This document shows positions 15,401-27,658 of a stretch of DNA of 64,000 bases, one piece after another. The DNA is from Daphnia carinata (taxonomy: Eukaryota), in NCBI RefSeq assembly GCF_022539665.2, contig NC_081333.1, positions 2,852,001 to 2,916,000 of the forward strand, given 5' to 3'. Both the position numbers and the translations under genes were made by a program. The notes under the pieces were generated by a model that saw nothing but the letters and a program-made list of their open reading frames with translations, was not told where the DNA came from and did not search any database. The stretch's first letter is position 1; each line of letters starts with the position of its first letter.

Positions 15401-18400
15401 AAGACGATTGACGAGTGTTGTAGAAAAGCAAAAAAAAAAGTAAAAAATAAATAAATAAAAAGGCGAAAGATCATCTTTCCGGAGGGGACGCATCTATCCA
15501 ACAGCAGCAAATTTAACGAGATGGAGGGGAAAAAAAACGAGTCGAGCGTAGTAAAGCATTTTCTTTTTTTTTTTAGTGTGGTATGTACAGACTTACGCCC
15601 AGTTACGTACGTTCTGTTCAACGCAAAAAATTGGAGGGAAAAAAAAAGAAGAGATTTTGACAGTTCAATTTGAGTCAGGGCTGCGTGATTTATGGATCGT
15701 GTTTCACCCAGAGAATTCGCCTTGCTCTTTTCGCTACATTACGACGACGGCGACGACAGACAGAAACTGAGACCATTGCACAATCAAGACACATGAAACG
15801 AAAAGAGAAAATGCGAAGTGATGGAAACCTTAAAAGAAATATCAGATGGGCACTATGCAAAATCTTTGAACAATAAAAAAGAAAAGAAAGAGGAGGGCTA
15901 CAACAAAAAGCCTACGCCATATAACTGCATTTATACGCACGTCAATCAAATAAGAACACGGCCATAAATTGTCGCGGGATGTCGAGCGTGAGACGACGAG
16001 ATATCCCGCCCCTACCCAATCCATTGTTACAATGCAAAGCGAGTCCCTCGACAGCTACTTGACAATTAATAATAGCTAACTATCTGTCGTTGATCGTAGC
16101 AATGAATTTGCAAATCATAACAAATTGGGGAAAAAAAACGGAATGATAATAATAAATTAATAAATTTGCAATTTTAATTAACCCCCTTTTTTAAAATAAA
16201 TAAAAATAAGAAACGCCACCACCCCCACGAACAAAAATCGGAAAACTTACATGGCTGTGTGTCCGGCGGTGGATCCACTGTGAGCGGGCAGCAAGCAGCA
16301 CACGCACGCAAAAAAAATCAAAAACAAACAACACAAATAAAATAATGAAAAAGAGAACCAACGACGCGAGAAAAAAAAAAAAAAACAAAAACATGATGCG
16401 TAAAATGAGAAATTCGAAAGAAAAATAAAAAACTGAATCAAATAAGAAATTCGACAGTTTAACTTTCTGTTGTTTTTAGGGATTATTCGTTGAGGTCTAT
16501 AATTATTGGTTGACTCGCTTTAATTAAACGTACATGTTTTAATCATGGTGTGGGTGCGCTCGCGAAATCATTTGGACTACTAAACACACAACGATAGTTT
16601 CTACCGCTGTGCCTGTCAATCTTTCAGCGCGTACATTGAAACTTTGAAAGTTTCAAAGAGACCAGCATTCAATCTAGCTTTAACGATAGGATGTTTAGCG
16701 AGTTGGGGAAAGGACAAAGGACAACAGAACCAACCAAACAAAAAAGAACAGAGCGGATAAATGAACAGCTTTGCATAACCTGTTCCCCCTTCCCATCGAT
16801 GGTTCGTTTGTTTCGAAAATTGCTATGGCCTCTATTTTGAAGTAAATGTCATCGAGAGCAAGACAAAAAAAAAAAATAAAATAAATGAGATTCTATTACG
16901 AAGGGAACACCAATTGTCGTCCTTTCCCCCATAAATCGCAATTTTCAAAATTTTTGCCCGATGGCCAACAGCATGGCCAAATGGCGGTACCCAACTTTTT
17001 CTTTAACGAAAGTAATAATAAGAAAACACACAGCTGTTTACTCTCTACCCTTAAGACGAAGGGGAAAGGGGTACCATAAACTTCTAACATAAAAAGGAAT
17101 TTTTATGTCATCGTTCTTCGTAAAAACAGAAAGACAAACTTATTCTGTCCGTCGTTAAGCCCAATCGAAAAAAAAAATGTTTCTTAGATTGCCATTATTT
17201 ACAATTCAAATTTGAGAACAGATCCGGAATGGGCTACGAATTTTCTACACGCGCATAGCAATCGCGTTGATATCCCTTTCAATATATTCAAATGCAAGGG
17301 AATTAAATCAAATTTTAATTCCTCGTCGATTCCCATTCATTCGAATTGTTTTAACGTAGTCCTCAGAAGTCAACTGTACGACATTAACGTGAATAAATTC
17401 GAAAGATGGTGGGAAAAAAACGTTAAAGAAGAAAAAAAAAACTAGATCAGGGTTTAAAATAAAAGAAATAATGATGTGAAAGAAAATGAAATTTAGGGGT
17501 AAAATTTTGAAAAGGAAATAAAAAAAGGGGGGGGTGAATGATAAATAAGACGGGTACGATACGGTTGGGAGATTGGTTGGGGTGTTGATTGTCTTACTCT
17601 GGGGGCGTGCCGCGTAGATTGAACACGTTGAAAGTCAGATGGACGCGCTCTCCCGGGGCGGCCACGAACGTGAACAGACACTGGCGCACGTGTCCTTCTG
17701 GGTTGTCCAATAGCGGCGACGTAAATGTGCCGTTGCGCGACCCTTCGTTCGTGCTCACAAATGTCCGATCGCATTCTGAATATTGCAAAAAAATAAAATA
17801 AAATAAAATAGAATAAAAATGTATCACCGTAAAACATCGAATCGTCATAACCAAAAGAAAAACAGACGCATATTCAAAACAAAATGTTCCATAAATTGTG
17901 AACCCACTGCGCGATACGAAATATTCCATACTGTCATACCGCAGACAAGACTTAATAAGGACCATAAGCCTCTTCCTAGCTAATAGCGAATCCATGAATT
18001 ATGCATAGAAAGGGGGGGGGGGCAAGAGGAGACACATGGTGGACCATCGAGAAAATGTCGTCATACAAAATCCTACCCTCCGCATGTGATGTTGTTAGGA
18101 TCAATTGAAACATCGGCGACTTAAAAAAAACTGCTCGTCGTTGGTTTGTATGCACATATTCAAGCAACATCGACGACGATGTAGCAATGAAAGAAAAGAA
18201 AAAATTTTCTTTTTATGTTGCTCTTTTTTATTTTTAGCTGTAAATCCATGTCGCCTTCTATGGCCCTTAATGCTCTCTCTCATGGTTTAACAGTTCAGCG
18301 GCCTCCTATAACCAGCTTTTATTTTTTTTTTTCTCTCTCTTCCGTCTTTAAAATAAAAATATTCCCCCCCCCTCTCCTCCATCCAGTATCCAACAGTTAA

Positions 18401-20733
18401 CATGTAAACGAGAAAAAAAAACCCGCCATTTTACTTCACGTCTGCACGACGAGAATAAATCGATAGTAGCGAAACATAATCGTGCGCAGTAGCAACAAAA
18501 CCGAAAATCCCCCACATATTATTTCGATGTTAAAGCGACAGTACGTATCGCTCCCTTAACAACAATTCAATTAAATGGCGAAAGGTTGTGCGCAAAAACA
18601 GAGATCTAATAAATAAGGCCTATTAATCAAACAAGTCTAATAATACACAAACACAAAAAAAGGGGGGGGGTGAGTGAAAATGTTTTTGATAAAACCTTTA
18701 GAGATGTGCGACGAGTCATTTTCTTTGATATATAAAAAAGAAAAGAAAAAAGCTTTAGATATTATTTATAGCAGAGGACTATAATGGCTTATATATCACA
18801 ATAGAACTGCTGGAACCCGAAAAGAGGGGGAGGGGGCCCAACATAAAATAAACTATAAAAAAAAGGACCCTCCTCTCCTGTGCCAATCAATCTTGCACAC
18901 TGTAGGGGCAGCATGGTAAAATAGAATTATTTGCTTTCACTTCTAACCTCGCCTATCCACTTTGAAGAGAGTTTGCACGCGATGCTTTCTTCTTTTATTT
19001 TCAAGTAGATTCCCTTTCGAGTTTCTTCTATCTCTGTGTGTGTGCGTGTGTGTTACTATACATTTTCTCCCAACAGACCCAATCTAGCCCTGGCCAAACT
19101 TCTTGGACTTGGGGTGTTGTGAACTGGTGCAAAGAGCTCCCAGTTGGGTCCAATTCTCCAGCTCCTTTAGATCTTTTTTTCTGCTCTCCGACGACGAACG
19201 ACGTAAGAACGAGACCCTAAAATCAATAGCTTCAAGAACTAGCGCCTTGTGTCTCCAACGTTTCTTACTGATGTTGCGACCAACAGAAAATAGATTTGGG
19301 TCTCTGAAGACATTTCTCTCTCTCTAAAAAAATAAAATAAAAATAAACAAAGAATAGGCCCAAGATATGTGCTGCAATAACGGCCATTACAATCATTGTA
19401 AATGGGCATTTTCCCAAAGAAATCAACACAAACTCCTACACTCTCAAAACATTTTGTCCTTGATTGTAGGCAAAAAATTGCAATCGATCGCACCGTCTCA
19501 ACTGTTCCAAACGTGAAAAGGATCGTGCTGGAACGTGATAGAGCTTTCGGGCCAATCGCGAGCCTCCAAAGACACACAGACAAAAAAAAAACCAAGAGAC
19601 ACCCATTCTTTTGATGATATTGGCACACTGTACTACTTGCGAAGAAAAAGAAATACTTGATTCATTATTCAAGAGGCGAAGTTTAGGAGCTTCAACGGCT
19701 AATCCCATTTGATCTATAGACGTACGCATTTTTTAAAAATCTAATCAATGCGCCAGTGCTGCCCGGATACAACGACCTATATCCATTATCACCAATCTTA
19801 ATTTTTTTTTTTTTTTTTTGTCACAACGATTTTTTGTTATAGCCCAATAAAAAAAAAAAAAGACGTTAGAGATCTACACGATATGAAATGTAATTCTATC
19901 AATATCCATATTTGAGTACGAATCGCATCAATACTAATGACATCATTAAACAGGGCGGCCCGTATGGCAGTCGCAATTAGTGAGAGACAAGTTAATAGGG
20001 TCATTAGTTTCGAATCAACAATGTGTTTTTGCTACCCTCCCACGAGTCGTTCCATCGCTCGAGATGACGAGAATTCAAATGAAAACGTCGCCAAGTTTTG
20101 AACGAAAATGTCACGCGTTCTCTTTTTAACTTTGCTAAGGGACACGAATCGATTTCGAGCGCTCAAAAGATGGAGGACAGCGAAAAAAAAAAAAAAAAAA
20201 AAAAAAAAATTCGGGCTGCTGCGCTAAGAAAAAAAAAATGGCGGAAAAGAGGAGCAGAAAGACGCGTGTAACAAACGGAAGTTGCGGTCAATGATGAACT
20301 GATCACCGTTGCCGAATGGAATGGAAAGTGTAGATGAAATCAAATTTAAGACCGCGAGGCATAGCACATTTGCTTTGAATTTCTGAACTAAAAAGGAAAA
20401 AGAAAATTTGGCTTACTTAGTCCGTCGTGATTAGTTGATACTGCTTTAATGTCGTCTAGGGACGTGCCTTCCTCCTCCAAGTCGATAAACACGTCGTAGC
20501 CTACACGCGAAACAAGGTCCATTTTTATTGAAATTCAAACATTGAATACAATCATTCTTTTCTTTTTTTTTTTTTGAAACGTTACCTTGAGCTGACAAGG
20601 AGCGAGGCAGTAACAGAATGAGCATTAGGGCTGTCATCAGCCGAGTAATACAAGTAAGAGTCGTTGTTGTGCGAGCCGGCCGGCAAGTTTTGAATCGGAC
20701 GCGGATTTTCGACAAGTACTCCGAGACCTTCAT
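9483..20733 (-). CDS. Type I membrane protein: signal peptide, five CUB domains, one LDLa module, TM and Pro-rich tail (LEV-10-like architecture)
   Basis: Exons 20733-~20586, 20500-~20418, 17775-17598, 13604-13387, 13056-12849, 12777-12569, 12488-12263, 12194-11995, 11922-11567, 11492-11408, 11244-11065, 10979-10850, 10772-10561, ~9775-9483 splice in frame. CUB motifs include TPTYPGVYPKDLTCAY, SPNYPFPY, SPRHPARYPSNLTC and GRYCG. LDLa: FRCANSTFCIAKQLECDGNPNCGLNDNSDEGTHC. TM: VLLILTLGACALTLLMTLCIVC. Confidence 0.9.
10232..10308 (-). CDS. Probable alternative terminal exon of the CUB-LDLa gene encoding a GPI-signal-like tail (CGGVRYQSTLNSLVLFFVIFVQLLH*)
   Basis: Long pyrimidine tract followed by TTCTCAG|GT. 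The phase-1 junction completes the last LDLa Cys (T|GT), and the exon ends in a hydrophobic stretch plus TAA. Confidence 0.6.
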
Positions 20734-21936
20734 GATGGCCGGTGCCCTTCCTGTTCATTGAAAAAAAAGAAGAAATAAATAAATCAATTCGGGATCATTT
20801 AGAATGAAACATTTCGAAATTGTACATAATGGCAACGTTGTGAGTAAATTGCGCGCGACATTCAAATTGTAAAATAAATTTTGTACCTCCCCACAAAAAA
20901 TAACTTAACGATATAGAACTTGGTTTTGCAAAAAAAAAAATAACAACATCTTTCGTTGGCAGATGAAATAAAAAAATAAAAGAAAAAGGACGAGGGGAAC
21001 ACGGCCGGCGGGGAAAAAGAACGTGCTGCAAGGCTCGTTTCAATTGGAGTCGCGTTCTAACCACAGACAAACAAAAGAATACGGAGACGAGAGCTAATGA
21101 CGTTGGCCCAATCTCCTTCCCCCCATTTTTTTTTGTTTTTTACCGTGTCCTCTAGACATTGCAACTAAACAAAAAACGAATGCGAAAAATACAAGTCCTT
21201 CCAGTTTTCTTAAATTCCTTTTCCCATTTGAGATTATTCGGACGTGGAAACAGCTGTGACTTTCACCATTATTCTTTTGTCCAATGGTTTATTTTCGTCC
21301 GAAAAGAACCAAAAAAATAAATAAATAAATAAATCACAACGAAATGGAGTAAGAAAAAAAAAACAGCAAGGGAATGCGATGGAGGCCGACGCCATTGCCG
21401 TGGATCGATACGCTGTCAACTCGTCGCTACACATCTCATATATCAATACACATCTATCGCCAAAAAGAAAACGGGCTCGTAATTTATACAGAACCACTCC
21501 CCCCGTTTGTTTCTTTTCTCTTTCCACGCTCTCAATAAAAAATAATAAAACGCTTGCGCGTGCTAAAGCTACACCGGAATTCCGGCAAAGGAAAGAAAAA
21601 GGGCGGCATTAACCGATTGATACTTTTAATCATCTTCCTCTCTCTTCTTCATACCGTTGCGAGCCAAATGTTACATTACTCTGATCACACTATCGTGATA
21701 AATATTTATGCCGAAGTAGGGGAATCTGTCATGCTACTGGTCATCCATCCATGCCCTACTTCAACCCTCATCGGATCGCTAATTTTCTTCTCTTGATTTC
21801 GTAATATCGGGAGTGATAACATAAAAAAAAAAGAAAAAGAAAATGTGGAAAGCAATCGATGCAGAGCCACATCAGCCGGAATATTCGTAGACGTCGCCAA
21901 CATTTGATGACGTCAACGATTATTGCACGTGATATG

Positions 21937-21969
21937 CACACACACACACACACACACACATACACACAC
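21937..21969. repeat. (CA)n microsatellite
   Basis: Direct inspection of the sequence. Confidence 0.9.
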
Positions 21970-23444
21970 GTAAAAAGGCCAAAAACGCAAGAAAAAAAAA
22001 AGGAATGCGGAGCCAGTCCCGTGAAAAAACAGCGGCAACGCCGCATTCGTTACGGCCGGATAAATCCATATTGAACGCGTTGCTTTTTGCGGATTTTCGC
22101 TTGCCATCCGCGTCCAATTGTCAACGATAAAAAAAAAACGCGCATCTTCACACGGCGCCAAAATTCAAATCACGGACTCGTTTTAAAACGTGCGCAAGAA
22201 AGCGGAATCGTTTCAAATCGCGTTCCCCATTTTTTTTTTTTTTTTTTACTCTGGTCAAAGACACACAATGAAAAGGGTAGGGCGAGGCTATTAATAAGTA
22301 AATCACGAGACAAGTATATTGACGGACAGAAAAGCAAATGATAGAAGCGGATTCGAATGAAGACCAGCCTACATTCACAAGCTGTAACCCACTATTAATA
22401 TGTACCCTTTTTTTTTTTTTTTTCTTTTCTTCCTTGTAGATATATAAAGATAGAGTTTACGCCCTGTATTTGTATAGTCTCCATCTCTTTCTCATTCGGC
22501 TCGCTGACGTCATTGGCCAACCCGGGGCAACCTCCGTTAGTCAATAAAAACGACATTTTTCTCTCTCTCTCTCTCTCTTCTTTCTCTTTTGATATGGGAT
22601 ACACCTTCACTTGTACAAACGATGAGCTAGCAAGCAAGACAACCTCTTTCTGCTCGTTCCCGTCTCCCCCCCCCCCCCCTCTCTCTTTTTGTCGTCAATA
22701 ATTGGATTTGAGACGAGAGCCAGAGACACGCAACGGATGGTGGGATGTTGCCAAGGGACAGCACTTTCTTTTCGTGTACGTCTGTCTCGGTCTTAAACGT
22801 CAGCTGGCCACGCATCTCAAACCGCCTAAATAACACGCGAATTTAAAAGGGCCTCGTTCAATTCTGATTTCTTTTAATGTTGTTTTTTTTTCTGGATTAA
22901 AACTAGAGAGAGAGAAAAATAGAATTGAATTCGGATGGGTGTTATATCACAAGGCGATAGGCATAATGATTAAGCGATCGATACAACGACACAATAGCGC
23001 AAACCGCAAACATATCCCCCCCCCGACCTCGTGAGTAGAAAGTTTCCAAGCCGTTAGGCATTTGTTTTTTTTTTGTTTCTAATCCCTCATTTTTATTATT
23101 GTGTGGCCCCGCCTTCGTTTTTAATAGATACAACGTACCAGGGCGTTAAGTCTCAAATCCAGGCGCAATACCGGAGGTACATAAAAACGATCGATCCCAC
23201 CCGCGCGCAGATAATGTACATTAATCATAACGATAAGACTTTAGTCTTTAGATTAAAAAAAAAAAAATTTGGGGGCAAAAAATAAAGCTAGCCCCCCCCC
23301 CACTTCTGAAAAGAGTCATGTAAAAAAGAAATGCTGTTTCACGCTCTTTCTCCGGTCGTTCAGAGTTACCACCCTCCCCAACACACAGACACACTAAAAA
23401 AAAAAAAATACAGGAAGGGTGGAAGTAGGAGGACGGCGCCCAAG

Positions 23445-23448
<4 letters not shown>

Positions 23449-23474
<26 letters not shown>
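23449..23474. repeat. (AG)n microsatellite
   Basis: Direct inspection of the sequence. Confidence 0.9.
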
Positions 23475-23475
<1 letters not shown>

Positions 23476-23675
23476 AAATCAATAGGACGGAGCATGGATG
23501 CTGTGTGTAAAAGAGAAAGAGTCTGCATGCTAGGATGTCTGTACTCTCACAACACACAGCTGATCTCTCTCAACCCCCCCGCTTTAAAAATAGAAAAACG
23601 TTCTACAGATAGAATGCACCTGGTTGAATATTTAATCTAAATTTTTAGTTTAATATGAAATGAAATTTGACTTAC

Positions 23676-24084
23676 CCGGGCAACATGCTGGACCGTAGGA
23701 TCCCTCACCGTCGACGGCCGACTCGTTCAAAGCGGTCGTCGCAGCCTGTGCCGAGACCAGCTGCTCTTGTTGTTGTTCCTCTTGTTCAACAAACGGATGC
23801 CAACGGTTCGCATCGATGACGTCCGACTTCAACACTTGCACAAACAGACACGCACTCGCCAAAAATCTTGTAACTCACGCGCAAACTATTTAAGAGTTCC
23901 ACTTAATTTTTTTTTTTTTTTAAAGCGTTTCACTCGGCAATTGTTTCCGTCATTGAAACGGCGCACTCCCACTTCATTTCAGGCACATCCGGCGAGTGAA
24001 ACTAACACACATACACACACGTAAAAAAAATGTGTGGAGATCGTCTCTTCGATGACGATGGAATGTTGCCCCTCAATCGACTGC
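23676..24084 (-). other. Probable 5' UTR exon of the CUB-LDLa gene
   Basis: Acceptor TTTCCAG near 24085 and donor CCGG|GTAAG at 23675. Splices to the AG acceptor at 20751, 17 nt before the ATG. No in-frame ATG in the exon. Confidence 0.5.
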
Positions 24085-27000
24085 TGGAAATAAATCAAAT
24101 AAACCAAATTAAGAAAATGAAAATACGTCAGATGTGGGAACGTCTAAAGAACAAAAAAAAAATGGGATTCACAGCTATGGAGCTCGGCCGGGAGTAGCTG
24201 GACTTTGACTGAGCGGCTAAACAAAATTCTATTCTGTTGAAAAGCGGACTTACACATAGAAGGGGTGGCAAGTCGAAGAGATGTCTGAGGTGGTAGTAGC
24301 GTGAGTCTTGTCCAGAATGAAATGGGGGTAGCGCGTAGAGAACTCGGCGCAGAAAGGAGGCGGAGTCGAATAAAAATGCCATATCGGGGTGGAGGATGTT
24401 TTTCGATGTGTGTGTGTGTGTGTACACATGTTGCACTGCGCCGGCGTTGCCGAAACTGGACAAACTGGCGAATGGGTTTTCGCTGATGAAACAATGAAAA
24501 AGAACAAAATATAATGGAACATGTTGTGTGAGATCTTTAACCTTTTCAACGATTACTCACCCCCGCCCCCGATAATATTAAGACAGACTTGACATGTTGA
24601 CCTGTTTCCATTTCAGGTTTGCATCGTCCGATCCATCGATAATTCAAACGGCTCTTCGATCATCTTACGTAACGTTCCATTCTTCTCAATCGTTCGTAAC
24701 GAGGCCGCGATCCTTTCACGTAATCTATGTAGGATAGAGTCAAGCGAACTGGAATCGGCTATTGATAATCCTCCTACTAACTTGATGTGTAACGCTGTAT
24801 CGGACACACCTGGAAACATGGGGATATTTACTTAGCGCTTTTCTTATGGAAGAAGATCGATTAGCAATTGGTTCGAGAAATTGATACAGACGGTCCACCT
24901 AGTGAGGAATTCAAACAAAAAATAGAGAAAAAGATCAATGAATATACACAATTTAATCTGCTTTGCTAAGTGGAACAATAGTTTAAATTTCGCTGTCGAC
25001 GTTAAATCTATTTTTTTTTTTTTTTTTTTTAGGTTTTCTCCTCGTTAAGTTTGTTAATCAATTCGATGCGGTGGTTGCATTTCAACCACCTCTTCATCAA
25101 TTGATAAGAAGCCCGATATTGTACAGGATAGACATTACCCTCCCCCCACCCTTCTTTTCCTCCATTAGAAAACTAGGAGCTCAATGGTGTGGCCAGTAGT
25201 GCGAGAAGAACGAGATATAGGGCACCGATAAACAAAACAAGAAGGGCCTCTGACAAACACAAAGAGCGGGGATGGGGGTGAGATTGGTTTACGACGAGAT
25301 AACAAAGTTTGATTGCATTATTACCTATAGACTTGAGTGGTTGTGTATGTGATCTAATGATAATTCTTCCTTTAATTTCCATCTGCCCTTATCCGTGTCC
25401 GCCATTTTTCCGGAAAAAAGTACCAATGAAAGCTTCGCATATCCAGGCCGATAATAAAAAAACAAAACAAATGCCCCTAGAATTACACAGAACAAAAGAA
25501 AACAAAAAGATTAAAGTTTGTGTACATTGTGCGCACGATTTACATTAAAATGTCAAACAGAGCAGAAAAACAAATCTCAATTCGCATGTAAATGTGACGG
25601 GTCAACGTTGCGAATCAAAACATTTAAAAAAAATGAAAGAATAATCGCTTGCAATAAGTTATTCGATTAAATACGCGTACTTAAGTTGAGAAGGGGCCCC
25701 TAGTTTGCTAGATAGTCTCAAAGTATAGCGTGTATCGTCGAGAAAGAGACAAGGAAGTCGTTGGTATTCGATCAATAAGTTCTCCTACCCCCCCGACGTC
25801 AGTACACAACAGACTCCACCCCCCTCTCCTCTTGGGGTTGAAGGGCGGCTGCATCCGGCCAAAACGATAGTCGTTTTTCTTCTTTTGGGGCTCTTTCAAA
25901 TACAAAATAAGATAAAATTAGCCCTACACAACCTGACGTGTATCACTTTCGCCTTTAAGCTGCCCGTATCGGCCTAATGAAACCTTTAGTTGTTTTTTTT
26001 TTTTATTACACAAACAAATGTTAGGCAAGGAGCGTCTCTCCGTTGCATGAGTGAGACATGCGACAGTGCGAGACTATTGCCATCTAAAAGAATATACACA
26101 CACAAGTAGAAAAAACGTTGTGTAACATAGAATGCGGCCAGCAAAAGTAAACGAGAGGACTGACAAGACGTCAAAGACTTCTTCGCAATCAACTTTGAAG
26201 GGGGCTGCCTAGCGACACGAAATTCTGGGACGGGGCTACTGAAAACTTGGCGACGTAACACAAACACATCACGAGAAAAAAAAAATCATATTAATAAAAA
26301 TATATCAAATGGGAAATTCCTGAAAAGAATAAATGTTTTCCTTAGATTCAAGATCTCTTGAAAAAGAAGAGCGAAATGTTGTCTAAATATTGAATTCGAA
26401 TGCAGTCGCTGCGTTTTGAAAAAAAAAAAAATACGACAGTGCAGCACTTCAACTTTTTCGCGTCCCTTTAACGATATTCCAACTCGACGCGAGATTTGAT
26501 CAACTTTTATCGGGATCGTTGATTCAATATTACAAGTTCGTAACATTAGAGCGTTCGACGCTGTCGAAACAGTTGACAAGGCAAAGTAAACCGCCAACAA
26601 GGGTCCCAAAATCAACAGAAGAATAACAACAAAAAAGTTCTATTGTCCCTGTGTAAATCACTGGAGACAATCGCTAAAAAAAAAAAAAAGGAAAAAAGAA
26701 AAATGTACCTCTATTTTATCTCAGCAGAGTGAGAGCATCCATACGTAATTCCAACAGCCCATTTTCGAGGTTTTCCTTTTTTTTTTATGGACGTCCGATA
26801 CGCACGTCGGCTCACCGAGTGCCGTCGATGCAACCAGAGAATATGCGTTCGTGTTTGCAATATCGAGCTGTCACTTCCAGAAAAAAAGAAAAGTATAGAG
26901 TGGGAAGACGGCGGGGATATGAAATCTCGGCTCACTTCTTCTTCTGTTCGCATGGCCGTTCTTTTGATGACCCGCACACAAGACCCGATGATCAAAAGAG

Positions 27001-27658
27001 ATCTTTTTTTCTTTTCTCCACTGATGCAGCAGCCAGAATCGCCCGTCCCCCGTTGTGGCGTCGAATCACAAAGCAGCAGCTTGGGGGATACGCTTCACGG
27101 CTTCCATTAGAAATTCTTCGACGTTCCTTCCGTTTCTCACCTCACGACTCGTTCCCGTATTGACATCTTTGTGCCATCAGCGTGCCCATTATTTATTTAT
27201 TTTTTTATGCACGTCAAATGGCATGGGGATTTCCATTCCTAAAAAGAGAAAGACAAAAGCATAAATTAAAAAGAAAAACATGAGAAAGTTTTTTTGTTTT
27301 TTTTTTTAAGTTAACTTTCAAACAGGCGGACGGGACTTCTTCTTTAACAAGGCATTGCCTTCTCAACAGCTGCTCTTATCCGGCTTTTAAACAATCGAAC
27401 GGTTCCAAACCGCCGCCGAGACAGCAGCATTATTTATTTCTCTTTTCTCTTTTTCTTTTTTTTTTTGTTTAATTTTATTTCCAACAAAATCAGAAACAAG
27501 AACCGCCGTTGCGCCAAATCGCCACTGTGTTTTTGGGCGTACATTTTTATGTGGGGTCGTTCAGAAAAGAAAAAAAAATTATTTATAAATCGTCATAAAA
27601 AAGAAAAAAAAACAAAAGTTAAATGTAGGAAAAAAAAAAACATTTAAAAAAAAACTTT

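Noticed and set aside
13700..27600. Many 60-140 aa Phe- or Lys-rich ORFs
   Set aside because: They arise from poly-T/poly-A runs and microsatellites in introns and leader regions of the CUB gene; no domain signatures.
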